Of a stretch of DNA of 64,000 nucleotides, positions 13,801-27,137 are shown piece by piece (within the stretch, counting starts at the first letter, position 1; each line of letters opens with the position of its first letter). The position numbers were made by a program, and so were the translations under genes. A model generated the notes under the pieces. That model had not been told where the DNA came from and ran no database searches. It saw only the letters and a program-made list of their open reading frames with translations. Source of the DNA: Owenia fusiformis (lineage: Eukaryota); the NCBI GenBank assembly GCA_903813345.2, contig CAIIXF020000001.1:26040001-26104000 (forward strand), given 5' to 3'.

Positions 13801-16800
13801 CATTATTCACCCCACACACCTTGATAATATCTGGGGCATGGCCCCCGCCTGCTCCCTCAGAATGATATGTGTGGATGGTGCGGCCCTTGAATGCCTCGAC
13901 TGTTTGTTCCACACAGGAGGATTCATTGAGGGTGTCAGTGTGGATCATAACCTATATGTTCACATACAAAACAGATACATCTTCAATGAGTAACAACACA
14001 GAAATCATGTTTTCAATTCTTTCTGTTGGTTCATGTATGCATGTACATTGACCAATGGTTCCCTGTAGTAGGCCTGGGGAGTTAACTGTTCCTAAACCTT
14101 GACAGGGAATCCTCGGCGCATGTTGGGTACCAGTTTTGACATTTGCTATGGCAATAGACCCAACTTCTAGGATCTGGTATGAGAATGCCCCCAAAATTTT
14201 GGTTGGTATGGGAACATACTGATATCTGAGGGTTCAGCCAAGGACCCCAACCGAATTTTGTATACAGTGAATCCCCGGAGTAGTAGGCATGTATCTCAAA
14301 CTCTGTTGGTATGCACTTTTGTATAAAGATAAAAGTTTTTAAAAAATCATTTTGAAAATAAATTCCTGGCTATTCCTCTTCACACAATTATTTAGACCTC
14401 TATGTTAAATCTCAGGATTACATAGTCATAAGTCATAATATTCATACAATCTCATATAATCATAAACACTATATACCCTAAAGAAAATTAAAGATGGATA
14501 TACCTGTACATCAAGTTTATCAGCTACATTGAGACACGTGTCTACAGCTGCAGGAGTAGACCCCCAGTCTTCATGCAGTTTTAATCTGAAAAAATATTCA
14601 GATAAGTTAGCGTGAACTTTTTTTTTCACATTTATGCTTAATATAAATAACCTCTCAAAGACAATACAATGTCACCATGAAGAAGTAGTGTTACATAAGA
14701 GAAAATGCAGCATCGAAATAAATAACTCTAGTGTCAACATGGAGATACACATGTAGTGTCACCAAACAAAAAGGTGTCACAATAGTGATACAGTTAAGTG
14801 CAAAACCCACATGAGTTATTGTCAATAACCATAACTTCTGTTGTAGAAATACTTACCCTATAGCACCAGCTTTAATCTGCTCTTCCAGTTCATCACACTT
14901 GCCAGAACTATTTGAAGTGTTCCCTTTACCAGTGAAACCAAAGTTCAGTGGGAATGCATCTGTACTTTGGATCATAGCCCTGACAATGAAAATATTCTAT
15001 CAAAACTAGGTATAATTCTGCATACATAAATTATTAGGCTCAATAGATGTTTTTTAAAAACCAAAGTTAAGTGGGAATGCATCTGTACTTTGGATCATAG
15101 CCCTGACAATGAAAATATTATATTAAAACTAGGTATAATTCTGCATACATAAATTATTGGGCTCAACAGATGTTTTTTAAAGTTTAACATTATGTATTAT
15201 CCAGAACATTTTGAATGGTCATTAAGGTTAGAGTTTTATATATTTGCATGGTTTTTCCCCAATATGTTACATATAAAGAAGGCCTAGATTGTAATGTATC
15301 ATGGGCCCCTAGTGTACATTGACAGCGGAGTTAAAGATTTGCGAGACAATTATATTGTTTTACAGATATGTCCTGTTGAATTAATATAAATCATTCATAC
15401 TTGATATGATTAGGACCAGGAGTACATGTAGTTGCATTTGACCCTGTAGCAGGACCCGTGCCCCCTCCAAATATTGTAGTGATCCCTGCAGCTATAGCCT
15501 CTTTAGCCAACTGGGGGCATATAAAGTGGACATGGGCATCTAGGGCACCGGCAGTTACAATCAAACCCTCACCAGCTATCACTTCAGTTCCCACACCAAC
15601 CACCAGTTTCTGAAGTATGGATAGTTGCAAGTGGTTAGTTGACATCTGGTTGAGTTTCTAGAAGGCTCATGTTCAATGTCATGTCTGCTGGTTGAGTCTA
15701 TGTCATGTCTAGTTGAATCTATGTCATGACTAGTTTACATATGATTGAGAATGACTGAGTCCAAGTCATGTCTAGTTTAGTTTAATTTAGTTGTCAGGTT
15801 GAGTCAATGTCATGTCTTGATGAAGCTATGTCATGTCCGTGTCACATCTGATCATGCCAGTTCTCAAGCTGGAAGTTTGGTTACACATTGGTTCATCTAC
15901 TAATTTTCTATTAAATGGCTTATAAAATACTGGAGGAACAAATAAACATAAAAAATATATATACCTCACTGACATTGTCCATTACATCAGGATTTCCTGC
16001 TTTCCCTATATCAACTATCATACCATCCTGAAACAAACATTGCATCAATCTTCAACATAATGTAATCTTGCTTCAAAGCCTTTGGTCATGCTGATATCGT
16101 AGAATAACAGATCATATCAAATAATTTACAAACACTTTATGAATCCTTAAAGACTTATTGTAACAAATACAGCATTCAGTGAAACCTGTATATATATCCG
16201 AACAACCCTCTAATCCGAATACTTCTCAATGTGAACACTTTTTCTCTGACCCAAGTGTGTTCTCTTCCATTGACCTACATGTTAGAAAAACCTTGAAATG
16301 TGAACACCTGTTAATTCAAACAGTTTTAACTGGTTCCATAGGTATTTGGATCAGACAGGTACTCAATTCTCACCTTAATTCCAATGTCAGCTTTTACAAT
16401 ACCAGTAGCAGCATCAACTATGAGAGCGTTTGTTATAACAGTGTCTAAAGCTACATTGCTGCACACTCCTGCAGCCTGGCCCATGCCCTCTCTTAACACC
16501 TAAAACAGATTCAATGATAGAGAACATTAAATTACAGACTCATCCACAATGTGCGTGCATGTATAGATGCTCAAAATGTCAACAACTTGAGATGACTTGA
16601 AAATTCATTGAGGTTAATGTGAATGCTATCTGACCTAACTGGGAAAAAATGTAACATTTATTTGAATTTTTATTTTAAATATTTATTTCATTTCAATTTT
16701 TCATAATAATTTTACATAAAAGAGAAAATCTTTTCACAGGAAAAATCACTGCTTGAATGCCCATGGTGACAGGTCTAAAATGAAAGTCTGGTCACGAGAA

Positions 16801-19800
16801 ACAAAATTTTTTTTGGTCTAACCTTTCCACCTCCAAACTTGCACTCATCGCCATATACTGTGAAATCTTTCTCCACTTCAATAAATAGAGTTGTATCTCC
16901 GAGTCGCAACTGAAACGAACAAAAAATTATTCTAATGTTAAGCTAATGAAGAAAAGGAAATATTTGAATTTTTCATCTGATCTCAAAGTAACATAGCCTG
17001 AAATGGTCAAATTACATATTTATCATTATTTGTACTTCTACAAATCACCGAGATTTTGATACAAATAACATTTCTGTATTAATGCACATTACATAGTTTG
17101 AGTGATAGTACGAGCTCAGCAAAAAGATGGCAGTAAGTATCCATATTTTCTCTATCCATCTTGTCGCTATGGTTTGTGTGTTCATGTTTGTAATAAGACA
17201 AAAAATTTTGTTTCTGTCATGTGTCCCCTTTTTCTGTTCTGGTTCCCTCAGGATTATTAGGAATAAAAGATCTAGGGAAATCAGCACAACGTGGGGGACC
17301 AGAGAGATGTCATGCATTGGTATTTACTAGTATATAAGCTTAGGTTGATAGACTGTTCATAATAAGATGGCGGTGTAGCCAACTGGTTTATATACATGTA
17401 CTGTACTCTCTTTAAGAGTATTATTAACATATGAACTTTATCATTGCCATCATTATATCAGCCTAAAACCTAGAAACGTTACCAACTGATTCTTACCAAT
17501 CTGCAAAGGGTGTATTCACTAATTAATATGAACATATATTTAGTAGCATAACCACATACCTTATCTCCAACAGTGGGACCATATGTGTGGGAGTAATTGA
17601 ACCTAGAAATGGTGCAACAGTCGGCTTCAGGTGCAACTACCTTACTCTGTTGAGCCTACAAACACAATTAGGAATTGGAACGAAGCATGGAAAATATGCT
17701 GAGGTCACCAGCTTGTATATTAAAGCTAGCTCTGACTGAAAGTCCAATCCTTTTACAGTTTGGTGTTTTCATCAGTAATATGGCTGCCTGTTGGTATCGG
17801 GGAAACTGTCCACAAATAATATGCCGTGCTTTGACATATTTACCCGAAAAATATTAATAAAATTGCCCCATCATATTCTGAGTTGGAGTTAAAAATTCAA
17901 CTTGAAAATCCCTCTATTATGATTACAATGATTACATTTTCATGGAAGCATTTCAAAAGATCGTTGTCGGAAAATTTACAGTATTTGAATAGTTATGGGG
18001 AAGGGGATCATTAGCCTTAAAAGCTTTCCGATATCGTTCCTGGGAATTTTACTTGTACCATGTTGGATATAAACTTAGGATTCTTCAGTAATATAAAATA
18101 CAAAAGATTTTATGCAGATACTGTACAAAGATACAGATTGGAATAATTATAAAAAAATTGACTGTTTTACGATATTATGTTAGATATAGTGTGACTTAAT
18201 GCAATGATGCATATCAACATTCCTCAAACACAGTTATGGGTGGGGGGGGGGGGTCATAGATAAACTGTTCAAATACAGATAGTAATCCTACATTGAACTT
18301 TGAGATGCTACCTAATGTATGTACAGTATGTATGTATTCTTTATTTGCGTCTATTTATTTAGACAGTTACATGGTATACAATGATATAAGGTAAAAAAGG
18401 GAAATATAAAAGTTACATGTACAAAAAATTAAAATGCCTTAACATCCTCGCCCTGACCCTGGTTGCTCATCTTTATCTTTCTATTGAATGTCCTTGTATT
18501 AAAGATGAAAAGTACTTTGGTAATTTAAATACAGATAGTATAAATGTTTGCTTCGTGAATTATGTTTGTTTTAATGCCCCTTTAATGGCATCTCATGGTT
18601 GGGAGCTACTTGAAAATATATCAAGACAACATAAGCCTCAGCCAACAACAGTAACACCCACTTAAAGATATAACTACATGTAAGCCCAAATGTTTGGGTT
18701 AACTAGTTCTTTATCACCCTATACAAAGAAATCGGACCGTTCCCAACAGACTAGAAAGGGTGACAAAATTGACAATGTGGGACCAGCGGTGAGAAAATGG
18801 TCCTTAACAGAAGTTGGCCATCATTTTTGAAAAGCTGTAATTATTTATTGATTGAGTAAAAAATATTTAGTAGGTAGTAGTAGTAAGGAATGCTTTGAAG
18901 TTCATTCGTGAAAAGTTCATGAAAAATTAATCAGGATTAAAAGGGCTGGAAAAAAAAGGAAAGACTTATTCTGTCCCAGCTACTATGTTATATTGATTTT
19001 AATAAAAGAAAAAAATACACCTGTCTGAAAAAAGTTCTGTTAATGTTCTTGGTAAATAACTTCATAGTCTGGTCATCATTGTCACAGACTGAAAGTTTTT
19101 TTCCTATAGAGGCCTATCGATGTTTAGGAGACCTCGCAATCAATAAATCTTAAATGAGTCAGTTGGGACAATATAATGATGTCATCATCTTATTACTATG
19201 ACAATACTCTGACATAATCACACAAATGGTCCTAGAAATTATTTCTCTCAAAGTTCTTGATTTACTTGATGTACTGTATAGAATCATTCCCCTACAATTA
19301 GTATAACATACATTACTTATAAGAGTTCATTCTGCTCTCGTCCTAAAACAGCTAGACAGTTACTTGCTTGACATATCAGGCTGCCATGACACGGGTTATA
19401 AGATCTAATAGGACTCATATACAAGATTCATTGTGTTGATGTCAAATACAATACAATAAATATAAATCCAATGACAATCTGCTTTTTATTCGTAAATATA
19501 GTGCACCATTCAAAGGTTAAGTGAGACCCAGACAACGTGCAAGGGATTTTGAGAAAATAAAAATTGGCTACCTTAGGAAACTGATGTAAAAATGAAAAAT
19601 GTGACTGATGTAATTTAATTTTTAAGACTTTCTCAACATCATGGACAAGTAACTATGAGGCAGGCAAATCAACTACTTTCCGAAAATATGTGTATAATTT
19701 GGTTCCATTATTTAATCCAATCAGCTCCCATGCTACTACCACCAATAAAAAATACCCAAACTATGCTTGTAAAAATATGTAATGTATTTCAATTCATCTT

Positions 19801-22800
19801 CATTACAGAAAAGCCTTTTAAACCACATTGTTCAATGTTACTTCAACTTGTTTTTGATATTTCATATAATATTGATTTATTTATTCTCACTTTTTAAATC
19901 AGTCGGGCAAAATGACATATTTAAAAATACAATTGTTGGGATTAAAAAGCATTTTTCTGTACAATACATAGAAATATACAAAAACTTTTTGATTAGTCGA
20001 TCAGTCAATTACTTTCTCTATTGAGAACACATCAATGTCTAGTTCAAAGTGAATTTGATAAAATGTACCAGGCAAAAGTGACATTGTTATCCTTGTGTGT
20101 CTACTTCAATGACCTTGTAAACCATGAATGAAGGCTTTGAACATCATGTAAGGTTGTTGACATCAAGCAATTTCTCAAAATTTTGTGACTGTTTCACACC
20201 ATGAAGAAACGATGTATTCATATGCTGAGAATGTTTGGAGGTGTGTCAAATATAATGAAATATGATTAGCTGAAAATATATTCGAAATAAGGACAACTCT
20301 CTATATGGTCATTTTCTCTGACATAATCATATAATTATTGTGCACGACTTTAGCACTTGTTCCTTCCAGCTCGCTGATTGGTTGAGAATAGGCCAGCGCG
20401 GTAGGTGTGAAATGATTTATGACCCGAGCTGTCACAAGCATCGGTCGTGGGGGCGGGGCTGCTAAACTGTAATATAGTCTATATAATAGGCAGAGGGTAG
20501 TTTATAACTAGACTCTGAGCACAGGGTACTCTGAAATAGATTATGTGACAAAGTAATGTTATGTATAAATGCTACTCACAGTGCTATCATTTTCCTCATT
20601 ACCAAATCCTTGTTCCTTTACTTTCATCATGATCTTCTCAAGCTGATCAGGGTCCACAGCACCATCACATAATCCATTGCCACCACGTATAACCTTCTTA
20701 CCCCCTATGGCCACCAATTCAACAATTTTACTTTCACCTGGCTCAAACCGTAAAGCTGTACCAGCAGCAATGTTCTGAAAATACATACAGACAATGCTAT
20801 TCTCGTTTTATATGAACATGTATACTGAAATTTCACTTTTGAAATCAAATCCAATTATAGTGTAGGATATTGTAGAATTATTTTTATCGCATTTGAATAT
20901 CTTCATCATAAATATGAGGATACTCACAAGCTGGTGAAAATTGTATTTCTAATGAATCATAGTATGAGATGTGAAGAAAAATTGCTGAACCTTTAAAAAT
21001 TAAATATTTGTATATATGTGCTGACCAAGGTTATTTGAAAAATTGAATCTTTGTGTGTTGACCAAGGTTATTTGAAAAATTAAATGTTTGTTGCTAAAGA
21101 CACATTTTAAAACCAAGGACAAGAACTTCTATTCCAATTCCTTACCAGTCGCATTCCATAGGAGGCTGCCCTATCAAACCTTAGATATTTGTTTGTTTCT
21201 ATAAAATTGTAATGGCTTCCTATCTGAAATAAAAGGATATATTTTATAAGAACCATGAAATAGTAAGACAGTTTCTGATATGCTTGGATAAATATGGTAA
21301 TTTAAACTTTTTCCAATGGATAAGATCTACGGTTTTATTCATGTTATGTAAACTTCAATAGCACCAAGGGTACTGGTCTCATTTGATGCAATATTTTCAG
21401 GTGAAATGACAGCTATACCTTAAACCATTTGTCACATTTCTTACATGTATACTCATATAGCAAGTTTAGCATTGTTAAACCTTTCAAAAAATGTTGTAGT
21501 CTATTGTTGTTACATCAAAAATCAATGACAATGATACAATGTATATCCATATAATGGATAATCACTTGAGAGAACATATTTGTAAAATGAAAATCTTTGA
21601 CAATTTTAGTAATTTTTTTGGACAAAAGTAGCGGCCATTTTGGGTTTTCAAGAACTGTTGTCTGAACTTCAAAACCTTTTTGAGAGGCTCAAGTGTGTAA
21701 TTGGCTCACCTGTATCGGTCTATCACACATTGATGTCACAACAAGTTGAACTCTTTCTCTGTCTTTGTTTATCTCAATGGGCCCTGCATTAGCTGGCACT
21801 AGCTCTCCTGGTGTTACATCCAAAGATGTGTCCACTTTTGTTAGTTTTTCCTCTTTCTGCAAGTACATACATGTATATGCAAGGACCTAATATAGTCTAT
21901 TCACTACCTTCTTATATTTCATTAACTTTATCATTCATCTCACATTCCAGACCATATTTGGGTTCTCTCTCAGACCAAGACCAATGCAATGGGCTTCATT
22001 TGCCTATAGTTGGGACATTGGGATAAGGGTCAGGTCAACTAGACAGTTACCCTAAGATATTTACATTTTTCAATCGTTATTAATTCTTATGAAAATCATA
22101 ACTAAGAGTATCATTGCGTACCTTATTAGCAAATATAGTTACATTTGGAACTGGAAGAAAGCTTCCATATAAGGCCAGCTCCAAGTTACCATCTTCCCGG
22201 CAGATAGGTTTATGTACAGTCACCTGTGGGGGGAAATAATCAAACAGCATATATCATGAAGAATAATGATAAGAATGGGATGACAATTACATTTACTTAA
22301 AATCTAAACATGAACTACTGTGTTGTTTTTGTTCTTTTGTTATATATTTAAATACACATACATCTCGGAGTGTCAAGAACATTACAGGAAGAAAATACAG
22401 AAGAACTTTTGCAGAGTTGCATAATTAGCAGGATGTAAAAAAACTCAACAAATTATCCTCAAAGACAGCTTATAAAAGGGTGCCCCGCCTACCCAAAGCA
22501 ATGGCTACCATAGTAAACGCCATTACAATGGCATTGTCGCTAACCCATTGTATTTGATCTTATTTAATAGGTTAATATTTTCTACATCATCTGTGAAATT
22601 TTCAATGTGATTGAATAAAGTATGAAGAATATGAGAGCAGTCGGTTACTTACTTTCTGATTGGGCCTCGTACCATGTAAAAAAGATTTTCCCCCAAAAAT
22701 ATTTAGCTGTGTATTGATATTTGATGAAGTGATAATAAATGATGTACATTTGGGTTAGGTTTACAAACTCTTAAATAAATTAATCTTAAAACCAAATATA

Positions 22801-25074
22801 TGTTCCCTAAGATATCGCAAATGACAAAACTGACTTTACACAGGGAACAACAGATAAAAATTATGAAAGATTTTGGAATACTCCACCCAGCTGCCTGGTA
22901 AACTGATCTTTTACTTTTTTTTATTGGGACAGGATAAGTATATTGATCAATCTCAGTCATAATATATATAATATTTCTTATACTAATGTATTTACCAACT
23001 TTGTACCATCATGGAATGTTGCCTCTATTTGAACATCTGGAATCATGTCTGCAACACCAGGTAGAACTTGTCTCTGGCCTATAATAATAAGCCATGTCTA
23101 AAATATGAGGTAGAACTTGTCTGTGGCCTAAAATAACAAGCCATGTCTAAAATATGAGGTAGAACTCGTATGTGGCCTAAAATAATAAGTCATGTCTGAT
23201 ATATGAGGTGCAACTTGTCTATGATTAAAAAAATTAAATCCTGTCTTTCTTCAATAGAACTTGTCTATGGCCTACAATAATGAGTCGTATCTGTCTTCAA
23301 TAGAACTTGTCTATGGCCTACAATAATGAGTCGTATATGTCTGAAATGGAACTTGTCTATGGTCTACAATAATGAGTCGTATCTGTCTTCAATAGAACTT
23401 GTCTATGGCCTACAATAATGAGTCGTATATGTCTGAAATAGAACTTGTCTATGGCCGACAATAATGAGTCGTATCTGTCTTCAATAGAACTTGTCTATGG
23501 CCTACAATAATGAGTCGTATATGTCTTCAATAGAACTTGTCTATGGCCGACAATAATGAGTCGTATCTGTCTTCAATAGAACTTGTCTATGGCCTACAAT
23601 AATGAGTCGTATCTGTCTTCAATAGAACTTGTCTATGGCCTACAATAATGAGTCGTATCTGTCTTCAATAGAACTTGTCTATGGCCTACAATAATGAGTC
23701 GTATATGTCTTCAATAGAACTTGTCTATGGCCTACAATAATGAGTCGTATCTGTCTTCAATAGAACTTGTCTATGGCCGACAATAATGAGTCGTATCTGT
23801 CTTCAATAGAACTTGTCTATGGCCTACAATAATGAGTCGTATATGTCTTCAATAGAACTTGTCTATGGCCTACAATAATGAGTCGTATCTGTCTTCAATA
23901 GAACTTGTCTATGGCCTAAATAATGAGTCGTATCTGTCTTCAATAGAACTTGTCTATGGCCTACAATAATGAGTCGTATCTGTCTTCAATAGAACTTGTC
24001 TATGGCCTACAATAATGAGTCGTATCTGTCTGAAATGGAACTTGTCTATGGCCTATATTAACAAAGTGATGTATAGGACTTTCTCCTGTACATGTTTTTG
24101 TCAAAAAATGTTCAGTGTTGGTAGGTGTTCACTACAAAGGGTGATTCATACAGAAGTCAGTAGAGTATGTGCTGAGGAAGGGTGTTTACTAGAGACAGGT
24201 GTTCACTATAGAGATGTGTTCACTAAGACAGGTTTTACTCTAGTCGGAAATTCTGGGAAGATTTTTTTTTTAGTCTAAAATAATCCAAAGACACTAACTT
24301 AGACTGGCAAGGATTGAAATATATAAGACAGATCAAACACAAAGAAAAACTTTGAAATAATTCTTGGGTTTCCTCTTAAAGCCCATTGAATGTACATTAC
24401 CTAATAATTCACGTCCTTTCTGCATGAGGTCAGCAACAGTATTGGTACCATCCCGGACAAACTCCAGTAACTAAATAGAAAAGGTGATCATAGAATTTAC
24501 AAACTAATGTACAGAGCTTCAGATTCAACTACGGATTTTATATTAAAACAGTCATACATTAACAAGACATCGGACATTGGCTGTACAATTCAGTCAGTGT
24601 AGATCAAAAAGAAATAGCTGTTGCATAGCCAGAATGATACTTTGAGAAATAGTCCTCTATCAATGAAGTTGTAAATTAACTGTATACCTTATATTGATTG
24701 TGCAATCTGAATGATGGAAATGTTTCTCTGTTCCATGATTGAATCACATAGCCTAAAGTAGCCATGATGAGATGGACAAGGCACTTGCCTTGTCACTTTT
24801 TACAGGTTTGGAAATATTTTTGGCCTTGTCTTCCTGGTCACGCCACTGAATAGATTCATAAAATTAATGTAATAATAATATCGTGTTTTGGCATTTTAAG
24901 TTGAACATTGTATACTTACTGATCTCGCCTGTATACATTTGTATTTACCTGACTTGAGATGAGAGCCACTGCCTCAGGATGGTTCAATTTTATGCCTCTG
25001 GCCAACCTTTTCTGTGCAAGGCATCCTGTCTGATGTATCAACAGGCCTTCAATCTCCCTAGGACTTAGCTTCAT
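10893..25074 (-). CDS. URE: Urease, single-chain eukaryotic gamma-beta-alpha fusion, ~860 aa, 21 coding exons
   Basis: Exons (minus strand): 25074-24949, 24470-24401, 23078-22996, 22223-22122, 21856-21710, 21223-21146, 20774-20580, 17655-17560, 16909-16823, 16499-16374, 16027-15965, 15609-15401, 14979-14857, 14585-14504, 13951-13707, 13316-13202, 12971-12882, 12376-12278, 11851-11752, 11564-11334, 11008-10893. All are GT-AG and phase-consistent, 2583 nt in total. Starts [11 protein letters not shown], contains [46 protein letters not shown] and ASDSQAMGR, and ends QRYFLF*. Confidence 0.97.
12600..12722 (-). mobile_element. Partial copy of the 48990-49167 MITE family
   Basis: Shares atacagaagtcagtagagtatgtgcagaggaaggg...tagagacaggtgttcacta with the copy at 24085. 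Confidence 0.6.
14937..15181. repeat. 123-bp tandem duplication containing the urease exon 13 acceptor
   Basis: gtgggaatgcatctgtactttggatcatagccctgacaatgaaaatatt occurs twice, 123 bp apart. Confidence 0.95.
23060..24056. repeat. 46-bp minisatellite (~21 copies) containing the urease exon 3 acceptor
   Basis: Unit tagaacttgtctatggcctacaataatgagtcgtatctgtcttcaa. The first copy overlaps the real exon edge at 23078. Confidence 0.95.
24085..24241 (-). mobile_element. Copy of the 48990-49167 MITE family in urease intron 2
   Basis: Reverse-complement similarity along its length, ending gacaggttttactc. Confidence 0.65.
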
Positions 25075-26624
25075 CTTGAGAATTCAGGCCTAAATCGAAA
25101 AGTCAGCATATATTATTCACGATCAACAATCAAACCTAGTTTGACACTGCAGTGTTTAGATTATGTGCAGTTATTGATGAAAAAATGTTTGCATGTTCGG
25201 TTCGATTGACAGCAGTTCAGGCAGTTCAAAATACTAAAGATAAAAATTTGATAAGGGCATTAAAAGTGAAATATTTGTTTAATGATTGAATTTTTGTGTT
25301 ATAGGCCATTAAGGTAGTTGTTCACTGGCAAAGGTGGCTCCATGCTATAGCATAAGATCAGTAATTTAACAATTTGGATAAAAGTTTAGCAGGTAATGGC
25401 ATTTTTAATTCATATGTTGCACTTAGGTACGAAGCTTTTTCTAGCTTTAAGTAAAAAACAAAGTCAGTGACACTAACTTTTTGATTTTGAAACATAATCA
25501 TGTCATAAACATTTCATAAAGTTATACATAGGGCCTTCAGGGTTACAGCCACCTTAAATATAGTGAAATCTTAATGGGCTTAATTTTAGTGGCTGATCAG
25601 AGTACTTTATCAGGGAGGTACTGTCATATGTTTTTAAAAGAATTATTTGCCTGCTTCATCCCAGGCTATGACAATGAAGAGCCAGGTATTCATGTATTCG
25701 TTTTTCAGATGCAACGTACACGTCTAACAGAAATTCTTTGATTCATTGCAGACTTATTTTTGTTTTTGATATTTTCAATCAAATGGTAGTTTATAATATT
25801 ATACTTTTTGATGGTGGGACAATCAGTTTTTACAATTTCTATTTTGAGAACATTCAATAAAGGCCCAGGTGGCCAAGCATTTGAGAAAAGGATTCCAGTG
25901 CTCTGAAACTACTGTTATTTCTATAACAAAATGTTAGATGCCACTACCAAATTTGTTCATATTCATCAGACATTTTTGTTCAATCGTAAAAACGTTATCT
26001 CAAATTATGTATTTTGATGTAACAGTTTTAAGTATACAATCACGATGGAAAACAACAGTAGCCAATCATGTAAAAATGTTACTTTTCTGTTTCATATAAT
26101 GCATTATTATAGCATGAGCATTAGGCATTAATTGGGCATTAGGGAAAATATACCAAAGTGCAAATAATTTGCCAATATATACATATATTTTCAGAAAACA
26201 CAGCCCCTTTAATATCTCAACCGTTGAATATTGTTTCTTCAACAGATACAAGTAGACGAGTTCAAATTTTATTGTTTGAAGATCACACTCAGGGTGAATG
26301 AAGTACTTCATAATAACTAGACATCTAACTTTTATGTTGTACTTGTAAATATGTTTTGAATAAAAACATCACTGTAATACAATTCCTTATTTGCCTTGGT
26401 CCCTTCAATCAAATGATGTCGTGCAGGCTTTATTGTTCAGTAAGGGTAAATACAACTATAGAAAGAAAATGCAACATTAAATCACGTCACAAGACACGTT
26501 TCAAAAAATAAGTCAAATAAGAAAGTAACGAGAGATTTAATGTGAATGAATGGTGGATAAAGTATTACAACTTTAAAACAGTCATCATTACTGGAAGATA
26601 AAATTTCAAGAGGAGTAATATGAG

Positions 26625-27137
26625 GTTGTATAATGGTTCATTCTGTATATCGTGTTTATACTCGAGTGAGTATATAATATATTCACAAGTGAGCGTAGCG
26701 AACGAGTGAATATATTATATTCTCACGAGAGTATAAAATGCACGATATACAGAATGAACCATTATATGCCACTCTAAGCTCAATTACAGTTGATTCAAAC
26801 ACAACCATTATAACAATTATAAAAACCATAAAAATATCCCATAGCCAACTCAGTAATGCCGATGTTGATATCGATCCATCTATGACGTCACTTGATTCTA
26901 GCAAATCATATGGGAACCATTTATGACGTCACTTGATTCTAGGAAATCATGTGTAACAAAACATACACCTCGTTCTTCGGTCAATATTCATTAGTTCCCA
27001 GAATGCACTTCTACAGTGGTATACGCTGGAGTGTGTACGGAGGAGTTGTATACGATGACGATATACCACTCTCCACTGTATACCGTTGTTATAGACCCAT
27101 GTTATACAACTGTAATCGGACTTAGAGTGGTATAATC
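26625..27137. repeat. Hairpin-plus-inverted-repeat interspersed element
   Basis: ~60-bp stem at 26629-26767 around a gagcgtagcgaacga loop. A second IR pairs 26761-26795 with 27101-27136. Confidence 0.6.
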
